DNA of 63,877 nt, filler included, from Octopus bimaculoides (lineage: Eukaryota), in NCBI RefSeq assembly GCF_001194135.2. It is 7 parts of 7 records of this genome, joined end to end, with 100 filler letters (N's around TTAATTAATTAA, not from the genome) between each part and the next. Parts side by side here need not be neighbours in the genome. Positions count along the whole stretch, not along the records: positions 7,386 to 12,815 come from NC_068991.1; positions 12,916 to 24,348 come from NC_068987.1; 5 more parts are not named here. One strand, written 5' to 3'. Shown here piece after piece: positions 12,051 through 22,646 of the stretch (positions are counted from its first letter, which is position 1; every line of letters starts with the position of its first letter). Under the pieces are notes generated by a model. It was not told the DNA's origin. It saw only the letters and a program-made list of their open reading frames with translations, and did no database searches. The translations under genes and the position numbers were made by a program.

Positions 12051-12220
12051 ACACATGCGACGGGCTTCTTTCAGTTACGGTTTACCAAATCCACTCACAA
12101 GTCTTTGGTCGGCCCGTGTCTATAGTAGAAGACACTTGCTCAAGGTGCCACACAGTGCGACTGAACCCAAAACCATGTGGTTGGTAAGCAAGCTACTTAC
12201 CACCCAGCCACTCTTGCGCC
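11969..12220 (-). mobile_element. SINE family B with internal (CA)n and internal deletion
   Basis: Head, core, (CA)n at about 12003-12055, then only the last 30 or so bp of the 3' domain. Confidence 0.9.
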
Positions 12221-12418
12221 TATATACATACATATATATATATGCAAACATATACAGGTTATGAGAGGTAATGGTGTCAAGAAGACCCAAAGGTGTCAGG
12301 TAATGCTGAGTAAGTGCTATAGACAGACTATAGTTAAGCTCCAGGTTTGGTGATAATGCGAATGAGGAGTCCAATGTAGGTCATATATCAGCATGCGTAT
12401 ATAGAAAAAAATTTACAG

Positions 12419-12804
12419 AATGAGATAAAAATCCAAGGCTGTGAAAGATTTCAGAACACTTCCAAAGATACCATCAGTTCAATAACACCGTTTACAAACT
12501 CTATTCTTGGAATGACCAATTTTAAATACTATTGGAACTTACGCACAAGTTACAGGAAACTTATATGTATACCATTCTGCTTAAATAATGCAACTGCAGA
12601 CAGAATATCCCTGCATATCTCACGTCTGTTTTCATTCCTCCACTTCACTCTCTATTTCATATCTTATCTAGAATAACTATTGCTTAACCATTTTCTCACA
12701 CCGTCTCCGAAGATGGGATATATAAAATATCCCGGAAACAGCCGTAAGACCTCCTCTTTATAAATGTTCTGAAATCTTTCACAGCCTTGGATTTTTATCT
12801 CATT
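12419..12804. mobile_element. Fold-back element with 40-bp perfect inverted repeats carrying a hammerhead motif
   Basis: 12419-12458 (aatgagataaaaatccaaggctgtgaaagatttcagaaca) is the exact reverse complement of 12765-12804. Confidence 0.85.
12703..12750 (+). ncRNA. Minimal type-I hammerhead ribozyme motif (one core substitution)
   Basis: gtct-CCGAAGA-tgggatat(ataaa)atatcccg-GAAA-cagccgt-A-agac. Stem I is 4 bp, stem II is 8 bp, and the cleavage triplet is GUA. Confidence 0.65.
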
Positions 12805-13614
12805 ATGTTAATTATNNNNNNNNNNNNNNNNNNNNNNNNNNNNNNNNNNNNNNNNNNNNTTAATTAATTAANNNNNNNNNNNNNNNNNNNNNNNNNNNNN
12901 NNNNNNNNNNNNNNNATATATGTATGTATGTATGCATACACGTATGTATGCATCGTTATATACATGAATATATATATACACATAGAAGATGAATGTGTGT
13001 GTGTGAGTGTGGATATGTGCGAGTGTGGATATGTGCGAGTGTGTATGAGTGTGTGGAATTGCGTACGTGTGTGTTTGACACTGCGGGTGTTCGTGAAAAA
13101 TGCCTGCTTTCCATATTTTCATGTTTACATGCTTGGCGGATTAAGCTTCACAACGACTCAGTGTGTTTATGTTCGTATGAGGAACATATGATTTCAAATT
13201 CTAAAGTGAAATGTATTGATTTCTAACATATGCCAAAATATTGCATTTTTGTGGGCATGTAAGGAGCGAACAGCTGATTAATTCCGCATCTGTACTCGTC
13301 AGGTCCATATTAGACCGGTGTCGGAACGTTGAAGGGCAAAGACAAACACGGTGCGTTTTGAATTCAAACCGTAAAGAATCACGACTTAATATTGCATGTC
13401 GTTTTCCCCACTACACAACTGATGAAACCAAACCACATGCGATTAAAAACAAAAATTGAACCACAATGTTCAAGTCGCCCTCAGTTGGGACCGAAACGGC
13501 ATAACCAGTATTTGCTGGTGCTCTCAGTTACACTACAGCCTTTCAGCTCAGCATCCTCAAATTAAGACCTTTGAATTGCGTCTAGATTTTAGCTGTATTA
13601 TTTTATCCTGCTAA

Positions 13615-13755
13615 AAATGTGGGGAGCTGGCAGAATCATTAGCACTCCAGGCAGTATACTTACCGATATTTCGTCTTCCGCTACGTTCTGATTTCAAATT
13701 CTTCCGCGGCCGACTTTGTCGTTCATTCTTTCGGGTTCACTGAAATAAGTACCAC
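13615..13755 (+). mobile_element. SINE family C
   Basis: gggagctggcagaatcattagcactccaggcag...ctacgttctgatttcaaattcttccgcggccgactttg. Confidence 0.85.
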
Positions 13756-14242
13756 ATACGTACTGGTGCCGACTAGCAACCTTACTCCTAAAGTTCCAAA
13801 TCCTTGTACTTGTTCTTACCTTTTTGCTAAAATTTTAGGCTTTTTGTCTAATGTCCTGGGTCACAGACTATACTATGTACATGTGTGCGTGTGCGTGCGT
13901 GTGCGTGCGTGTGCGTGCGTGTGCGTGCGTGNNNNNNNNNNTGCGTGTGCGTGCGTGTGCGTGCGTGTGCGTGCGTGTGCGTGCGTGTATGTATATGCAT
14001 ATAGTTTGAATTTACAAAAAAAAAAGAACAAAATAGAAGATGAAGACGGGTGTGTAAACAGATAGTTTAACACTATACATATATATATATATATTATATA
14101 TGTATATATGCATACACACACGCACACACGCGCACACACACACACACACACATATGTATATATATATATATGTAATTATCAATTTCTTTAGAAAATCGAA
14201 TTAAACTCAAGACGCTAGACAAGTTCAATACAGACGCTAGAC

Positions 14243-14830
14243 AAGTTCAACAAAGGCAGATTACGATTGGTGTATACATATACAGATTTAATATAAAGAA
14301 TTGTCTAAAACATATATTGATACATTCAAAATATAGAGTTATAGAAATATAAAAATATATATGAATGTGAAAAATATGCGAGGACAAATAAATATATAGA
14401 TATATAAATATAATGGAGTATAGATAAAAATATAGGCGAGTATAGTGATCTATAGAAAGACATTTCGTTTAAAATTTATGGAACGCAGGAAGTAATAAAT
14501 GTTTAAAAAGAGTTTTTGGTACCAAACTTAATTGAAATGAAGTAATCCTACGATCATTTCAAGGGTTCATTCCAGGAGTACATGTGAATCTTACGATTAA
14601 CTTTGAAGGAATGCCTCCATCATCAGGGAAAAGCGAAGAATAATGCTTGCGACAGAAATGTCTTTAATGTGTTTGAAAAATAATTTCATTTAAGTTTGGT
14701 ATCAAAAACTCTTTTTAAACAGTTATTACTCGCTGCGTTTTGAATGTGTTAATATATGTTTTAGACAATTCTTTTTTATTAAATCTGTATATGTATACAC
14801 CAATTGTAGGCTGCCTGAGTTGAACTTCTT
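14243..14830. repeat. Fold-back element with split left arm
   Basis: 14691-14830 is the reverse complement of 14481-14530 plus 14243-14330. About 150 bp of extra sequence splits the left arm. Confidence 0.8.
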
Positions 14831-14879
14831 CCTTGTATCTCTTTGAACTTGTATACATGTATATATGTATATGTATATT

Positions 14880-14970
<91 letters not shown>

Positions 14971-15773
14971 NNNNNNNNNNNNNNNNNNNNNNNNNNNNNN
15001 NNNNNNNNNNNNNNNNNNNNNNNNNNNNNNNNNNNNNNNNNNNNNNNNNNNNNNNNNNNNNNNNNNNNNNNNNNNNNNNNNNNNNNNNNNNNNNNNNNNN
15101 NNNNNNNNNNNNNNNNNNNNNNNNNNNNNNNNNNNNNNNNNNNNNNNNNNNNNNNNNNNNNNNNNNNNNNNNNNNNNNNNNNNNNNNNNNNNNNNNNNNN
15201 NNNNNNNNNNNNNNNNNNNNNNNNNNNNNNNNNNNNNNNNNNNNNNNNNNNNNNNNNNNNNNNNNNNNNNNNNNNNNNNNNNNNNNNNNNNNNNNNNNNN
15301 NNNNNNNNNNNNNNNNNNNNNNNNNNNNNNNNNNNNNNNNNNNNNNNNNNNNNNNNNNNNNNNNNNNNNNNNNNNNNNNNNNNNNNNNNNNNNNNNNNNN
15401 NNNNNNNNNNNNNNNNNNNNNNNNNNNNNNNNNNNNNNNNNNNNNNNNNNNNNNNNNNNNNNNNNNTATATATATATATATATATATTCATGTATGTATC
15501 TATATATAGCTATATATATACGTACATACATACGTATAGATATATATCTATACACACATACACATACACACACATGCATGAATACTTCACGAGACACTGG
15601 TCTGTAAGTAACCATGTAATTGGCCTTATATTGTAAAGATATTCCCCACATGCGTATGTGCGTGCGCATACACACACGCACACATATACGTATACAAACT
15701 TACATACACTCATAAATGCGCATATATAACAGCTACAATAGAGACAATCTTCACTGAAGCGTAACTTACTCAC

Positions 15774-15889
15774 CTGGTGTTTGTAATTGAAAACTTTGTC
15801 TGCGTGAAACATTCCATGTACTCAAATGGTATACGGCATCCATCACGAGAAAAACAGATCTTTTCTATTGTTGCCACTAAATACAGGTC
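15774..15889 (-). CDS. Candidate internal exon (116 nt), unidentified
   Basis: Acceptor ttcatttacAG, donor CAG|GTGAGT, and frame 0 is open throughout: DLYLVATIEKICFSRDGCRIPFEYMECFTQTKFSITNT. No homology recognised. Confidence 0.3.
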
Positions 15890-16279
15890 CTGTAAATGAA
15901 CTTATTTAGAGTGGCCACTAATATCCTTTTGCAAGAAATCCCCGTCTTGTCCTGGCTGGTCCATGCGTATTTTCAGGATATACAATTTTCAATTCGTAAA
16001 CCACATCGGAACCCACCAGTCCCTGGCAAAAAGTTCCGGACACACCTGTGCTTGACACGCAAACCGATGTTTAACGTGACTCTACGAAACTAGTTATCGC
16101 ACCACCAGGAACCTCACTTGAAACACCCAAGAAGAAAATTTCATGGGAGTACTAAGTATAAACTAAATTCTATTGAGGTGATGCAACAAATTTGGCCATA
16201 AACCTTGATATTGACCACTAAAAACTAATGACCCACTGTTAGTTCACGTAGACCACGGCGTACGTCACTAACATAATAT

Positions 16280-16560
16280 AAAGCAAGATAAGAAGTTCAT
16301 TATACAACCACGTGGTTTTGGGTTCAGTCCCACGGCGCAGCACCTTGGACAACTCTCTCCTACTATAGTTCGACCTATGACAAATGAGTGAATTTGTTTG
16401 ACTGAAACTGTGTGGAAGCCCAGTGTATATATGCATATGAATGCATGTGTGTATTTGTGTTTGTGTTTTTCCACCTCCAGCCAGCACCACCGCGAATTGA
16501 CAACCGACGTTGGTTTGTTTATACCTCCGTACATTACTGGTTCGGCTAAAGGCAGCATTA
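16280..16560 (-). mobile_element. SINE family B, diverged
   Basis: caaccacgtggttttgggttcagtcccacggcgcagcaccttggac, plus 3' domain remnants (ttgacaaccgacgttggtttgttta). Head and 3' domain read on the plus strand here, so the orientation assignment is tentative. Confidence 0.7.
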
Positions 16561-17149
16561 ACTCCACAAATATAACAAGATCAAAAACAACAACAACTAC
16601 AACAACAGCAACAACGACTACAACAGCAACAACAACGACGAGGTCAGCAACAACAACAAGAAAAACACAGCAAGATATCACAGACGAAAATAAATCTTCA
16701 AAAATGATTAATGGCTGACACTTGAAAGATATTTTTCTAAACAAACTTTTTCTGATTGTATAGTATGATTCAAACCACTGGCGTGAATTGAGGCTACAAA
16801 TATTTCTCACCCTAGGGTGTAATTGATAGCACATGTTTAACCTATCAAGGGTATGCATAAGAATTTAGTTCATATTGAGTAGAAAATTAACTCGACAGCC
16901 GAAACCTGAATTGTCAAAAACAGTAATATTGTGAAACATATTTTCCTTTTTTATTTCAATCAAAATGAAGATATTTATTCGTTTCGTGTCTAACATATAT
17001 TTTAATAAGTATAGATTTATCCGGCAGAATTTGGAATGGTAAACATATCTGGAACATTCCATAGAATAGTGTTACTTATGAGGGATGGTGACCTGTGAAT
17101 ATTGTAAAAAGGGGCGGGAAGAAAATTATCATTGCTTTTTTCTTTTTAT

Positions 17150-17375
17150 CTTTTTAGTTGTTTCAAACTTTAGACTGCGGCCATGCTGGGGCAACGCTTA
17201 GAAGAGTGGTTTTTTGCGGAATAAATCGACTCCAGTACTTACTTACTTTAAAGTACTTATTCTTTCGGTCTTTTGTCAATCCGCTACGGGGACGTAAATT
17301 CTCCAACACCGGTTTTGAAGCAGCGTTGAGGACAAATCCACACATACACACACAAACACAGAGATAGATAGATAA

Positions 17376-17442
<67 letters not shown>

Positions 17443-17597
17443 TACGACGGGTTTCTTTCAGTTTCCGTTTACCAAATCACTTACAAGGCTTTGGTCAGCC
17501 CGTTGCTGCAGTAGAAGGCACTTGCCCAGGGTTGCACGCAATACGACTGAACCCGGAACCATGTGGATGGGAAGCAAACTTTTTGCCACACAGCCAC
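17150..17597 (-). mobile_element. SINE family B with internal (GATA)n
   Basis: Complete head-core-microsatellite-3' domain layout; (GATA)n at about 17360-17442. Confidence 0.9.
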
Positions 17598-17756
17598 AGA
17601 GCATTCAATAGAATAGTGTCTCTCGTTGTAGGGATGATTGTGTGTGTGTGTGGGGGGGGGCTGCGAATATTGGAAAAAGGGGTTGGAAAATCGCCATGTT
17701 GAACCGTTCTTGATTTAGGTATAAGGCCAGCACTTTTGAGGTGACAAAAAACGATG

Positions 17757-18012
17757 GTGTGAAGTGCGTGGCCTAGTGGTTAGGGCGTTTGTTTCTGCTT
17801 GTATCTGTGTTTATCCCCTCCCCATCACTTGACAACCAGTGTTGATATGTTAACGTACCCATAACGTAGCGGTTCGGCAAAAGTTCCCGATATAATAAGC
17901 ACCAGACTTTAAAAAATAAAAGTACCGGAGCCGATTTGTTCTACTAAAACGCCTCAAAGCGGTGCCCCAGCATGGCCGCAATCTGATGATTGAAACAACC
18001 AAAGAATAAAAG
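17757..18012 (+). mobile_element. Chimeric SINE: family D-type head joined to family B 3' domain
   Basis: gtgaagtgcgtggcctagtggttagggcgtttg is followed directly by catcacttgacaacc...gcggtgccccagcatggccgcaatc. Confidence 0.7.
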
Positions 18013-18097
18013 ATAAAGATAGTATTTTTAACGGAAGCTTGGAAACTTCTGTATTTGTCTCAAGAAAGCATTTCGTACAAACATCTTGTGTTATATG

Positions 18098-18306
18098 TAC
18101 GAGAGGGTGCTGAAAACCTCCTTTCTGGGTAGAAGAAATCACAGGTGAATCAGTTAATTATGATTTTATTCAGCATATTTCCTTCTTAGATTCATACACC
18201 TATTGCAACGATCCTTCAGTTCTAAGCTCTGTAAAAGAACTCGGAAGTTTGGGCCTCCACCCAAGCCTATCATTACGCCCTTAAAGACAGTAATTTTTCA
18301 GCACCC
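18098..18306. mobile_element. Mariner-type MITE, right end clipped
   Basis: tacgagagggtgctgaaaa at the left end and ttttcagcaccc at 18295-18306 (12-bp inverted match). Confidence 0.7.
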
Positions 18307-19105
18307 GAAAAAGCAAAAGAAAATCACTAGACCAGATCTAAAGGTCTCTCAGAAAAAGTGAAAAATCCAGCAGAAGAAGATTTGATTTGGTTTTTCTCAA
18401 ACGAGAAAAACTTCGACCAAGATCAAAAAGTTGACGGAAGAAATGACAGATGGTTATGTGAAGACTCTTATGGAGTTTCATGTGTTATGCATACAAAATT
18501 TCTTGCAACTGTCATGGTTTTAGGGGTTGTCAGCAATGAAGGATATGTGATGCTTCCTTACTTCTTTCCACAAGGCTTTAGAGTTAACTCTGCCACCTAC
18601 ATTGAGGTCCTGGAAATAATTGTTAAGCCCTGGATAGATAGTATCAGCAATGGAAGGCCATAGGTGTTTCAGTAAGACTCTGCACTATCACACATGGCTC
18701 TAGTAACGCAGGAATAGATGGCTGAAAATTTTCATGATCACATAACCCCTAACATTTAGTTTCCTAATTCCTCAGATCTCAATCCATTGGACTATTACAT
18801 GTGGAGCGGTGTTGAGAGAGAGCTCAATGAACACACGCACAACACCAAAAATTCTTTGAAAGCTTCCATAGTCAGAATAATGTCCAAAATGAACCAGGAC
18901 CACTTGTTTCGAGCATGTAGATTTAGATCTCATATAGAAGCAGTCGATGAAGATGAAAGTGGCTTTATTGAATAACATTACCGAAAAGGCTTTTTTTAAT
19001 CCTCATAGCATTTATTTTTTTGATAGATAAAATTATTATCTGTTATTATATGTTTTTTTTTTATAAACATAAATCTGTCCTCAAATATCTTACGCACTCT
19101 ATATA
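18307..19105 (+). mobile_element. DD37D (maT) Tc1/mariner transposase pseudogene, 5'-truncated
   Basis: WFFSNEKNF...VMVLGVVSNEG...VFQ*DSA...NSSDLNPLDYYMW. Counting gives 37 residues between the second and third catalytic D. There are multiple in-frame stops. Confidence 0.92.
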
Positions 19106-19629
19106 TTTATATATTTAATCCTTTATATTGAACACTCAATATTTCATCTATTCAATAAGACATATTCCATATATTCAATAAGACATTCAATACTTTATTT
19201 CATAGTACCATCCATTTTTATTTTATATTATATATTGCATATTATATTATATATTGTATNNNNNNNNNNNNNNNNNNNNNNNNNNNNNNNNNNNNNNNNN
19301 NNNNNNNNNNNNNNNNNNNNNNNNNNNNNNNNNNNNNNNNNNNNNNNNNNNNNNNNNNNNNNNNNNNNNNNNNNNNNNNNNNNNNNNNNNNNNNNNNNNN
19401 NNNNNNNNNNNNNNNNNNNNNNNNNNNNNNNNNNNNNNNNNNNNNNNNNNNNNNNNNNNNNNNNNNNNNNNNNNNNNNNNNNNNNNNNNNNNNNNNNNNN
19501 NNNNNNNNNNNNNNNNNNNNNNNNNNNNNNNNNNNNNNNNNNNNNNNNNNNNNNNNNNNNNNNNNNNNNNNNNNNNNNNNNNNNNNNNNNNNNNNNNNNN
19601 NNNNNNNNNNNNNNNNNNNNNNNNNNACG

Positions 19630-19826
19630 CAAGCATATACACACACACACATATACATATATACGACGGGCTTCTTTCAGTTTCCGTCTATCAAATCCAC
19701 TCACAAGGCTTCGGTCGGCCCGAGGCTATAGTAGAAGACACTTGCCTAAGATGTCTCACAGTGGGACTGAACCCGGAACCATGTGGTTCGTAAGCAAGCT
19801 ACTTACCACACAGCCACTCCTACGCC
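19630..19826 (-). mobile_element. SINE family B, 5' part
   Basis: tacgacgggcttctttcagtttccgtctatcaaatccactcacaaggc...gccactcctacgccta. Confidence 0.9.
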
Positions 19827-20825
19827 TATATATATCTATATATATACCAAAAAAAAAAATAGATAGATAGATATTTATAATTATAATCTGAATTTTTAGA
19901 GTACTGCAAACATTCTTCAAAACTTTTCGTTTTGCAACTTCTTCCACCGGTAGAGATTATGCGCCATTTCTTTCGACCATAAAGTGCTACGGCTGCTAAC
20001 ATTATTATTAGGAACGTGATGGTTGACTTCTTGTACTCTTTTGAATCTCTTCATTTGTTTCCAGCGCTGCATTTGATTCTTTTACACTATTTATATAACT
20101 TCCACATGCCGCATCATCGATCAAGATGAAAGTGGTGCATTACGAAAGATCTTTGAAGTAGTCCACTTATTCTTGCCACATGGAATTGTTAGAATCTTTT
20201 GTTGCTATGCATCGTTTCGTCTACATTTTCATGTTTTCTCAAAGTTTTTCTAAGTCGTATTTTCTTTATAAATTTTAACCAGATTATCGTGTCTGCCTAT
20301 AAGATTTATTTTTATTTCACTCAGCAAAATAACATTTACCAATTGTTTTGCACTTAACCTACCAAACCACATCTATCTCGACCTAATTTTTTTTTATCTC
20401 AGACATGCCCTCTACTCGCTTCCACCTGTTTTTCCTTTCTTTCGCATATATACATGGATACATACATAAACACACACATACTCACATATATACATACACA
20501 CAGGCGCGCATGCACACACACACACACACACATTTATATATATATATATATATATAAATATATATATANNNNNNNNNNNNNNNNNNNNNNNNNNNNNNNN
20601 NNNNNNNNNNNNNNNNNNNNNNNNNNNNNNNNNNNNNNNNNNNNNNNNNNNNNNNNNNNNNNNNNNNNNNNNNNNNNNNNNNNNNNNNNNNNNNNNNNNN
20701 NNNNNNNNNNNNNNNNNNNNNNNNNNNNNNNNNNNNNNNNNNNNNNNNNNNNNNNNNNNNNNNNNNNNNNNNNNNNNNNNNNNNNNNNNNNNNNNNNNNN
20801 NNNNNNNNNNNNNNNNNNNNNNNNN

Positions 20826-20861
<36 letters not shown>

Positions 20862-21321
20862 ACTTTCTGTTTTCTTTCTTTCTTTCTCTCCCTCTTCCCG
20901 CTCTCTCTCTCTCCCTTTTTCCCATCTATTTCTCTTACTTTTATCTCATCTTTCTTTCTTGTACACAGACTCATCTTCACTCCTTCCTTGCCCATCCATA
21001 CCAAATGTATATTGGGAATAGTCATTTTGTTTTTAATTTTACTTCTTCTTATCGATGTATGATAAATTTGTTACTGTTTGTTTTTATTGCTTGTATTCTC
21101 TATCTATGTTTCTTAGATTCTAAACAGGTTCTAAACCTTGTTTTATCCTTCTTTATTTTACTCATCTTATTGAATACATTAAAAATCCGAAGCGTCTGAT
21201 GGATTCCAGTAACTTTAAAATATCACAGCTGCTTCTCGAATCAGCTTCAGGATATTTGTCAAAGTATTTTGTTAAGGGTGTTTCTACCGATAATTTATAC
21301 AATTTAAATCCAGCACTGATT

Positions 21322-21883
21322 TTTGCTACAACGTTTCGTATCGACATCAGATGTTAACAGACAATGTGATCGAAGACAATGTGTGTGTGTTTGCTCTCCG
21401 TCGCTTACGACGTCGAGTGTTCCAGTTGATCCGATCAACGGAAGAGCTTGCTCTTGAAATTAACGTGCAAGTGGCTGAGCACTCCACAGACACGTGTACC
21501 CTCAACGTAGTTCTCGGGGATATTCAACGTGACACAGTGTGACAAAGCTGACCCTTTGAATTACAGGCACAGCAGAAACAGGAAGTAAGAGTGATAGAAA
21601 GTTGTGGTGGAAGAGTACAGTAGGGTTCGCCACCATCCCCTGCCGGAGCCTCATGGAGCTTTAGGTGTTTTTGCTCAATAAACACTTACAACGCCCGGTC
21701 TGGGAATCGAAACCGTGATCCTATGACCACGAGTCCGCTTCCCTAACCACTGGACCATTGCGCCTCCACGATCGAAGACAATATGAACAGACAAACAGAC
21801 ATATATAGAGTCATTACCCACTTTTGTCTTCAATCACTTTGTCTGTTTGCATCTGACGTTTCGATACGAAACGCTGTAGCAAA
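21322..21883. repeat. Small hairpin element (about 58-bp inverted arms) interrupted by a SINE
   Basis: 21322-21379 is a diverged reverse complement of 21824-21883. Confidence 0.75.
21381..21769 (-). mobile_element. Full-length tRNA-derived SINE family A
   Basis: 13-bp TSD gatcgaagacaat at 21368-21380 and 21770-21782, A/B boxes, and a (CA)n 3' tail. Confidence 0.95.
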
Positions 21884-21924
21884 GTTCTATCGAATCTTTT
21901 CTACTCAAGGCACAAGGACCGAAA

Positions 21925-22088
21925 TTTTGTGGGACCCTAGTACGCAACTGGTACTTAATTTATCGACCCCGAAAGGATCAAAGGCAAAATCGTCCTCGGA
22001 AGAATTTGAACTCAGAACATAAAGACAGACGAAATACCGCTAAGCATTTCACCCGGCGTGCTAACGTTTCAGCCAGTTTGCCGCCTTA
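21925..22088 (-). mobile_element. SINE family C
   Basis: actggtacttaatttatcgaccccgaaagg...atttcacccggcgtgctaacgtttcagccagtttgccgcc. Confidence 0.9.
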
Positions 22089-22247
22089 ACATTGACAAAT
22101 TATGTAAAAGCACTGCTAATGCAATAGAACGTAGTACTGACTTATAAAAACATTTAGTATACCTTATAGTATACTGTGTTTGCGTAACGCAGTACCAAGT
22201 ACCTACAAATCTTTAATATTTGTCAAATAATCATCATAATCTGAGGG

Positions 22248-22425
22248 GAGGTGTTAAGTCTATGACATCGACCCCATTATTCAAATGGTACTTAATTTAT
22301 TGACCCAGAAAGGATTAAAATCAAAGTTAACCTCAGCGGAATTTGAACTCAGAATGTAGACACGAACGAAGAGCCTATATGCATTTTCCCCTGTGTACTA
22401 ATGATTCTGCCAGCTTACAGCCTTA
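22248..22425 (-). mobile_element. SINE family C, diverged
   Basis: catcgaccccattattcaaatggtacttaatttattgacccagaaagg...gatttctgccagc-like end. Confidence 0.8.
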
Positions 22426-22435
22426 AGTTGGTCCA

Positions 22436-22436
<1 letters not shown>

Positions 22437-22517
<81 letters not shown>

Positions 22518-22538
22518 ATAATTATTATTATTATTATT

Positions 22539-22600
<62 letters not shown>

Positions 22601-22646
22601 TGATGATAATAATAATAATAATATTAATGATGATGATGATGATGAT
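22437..22646. repeat. (ATT)n-(AAT)n-(GAT)n compound microsatellite
   Basis: Directly visible; the (ATT)n and (AAT)n blocks are mutually inverted. Confidence 0.95.
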
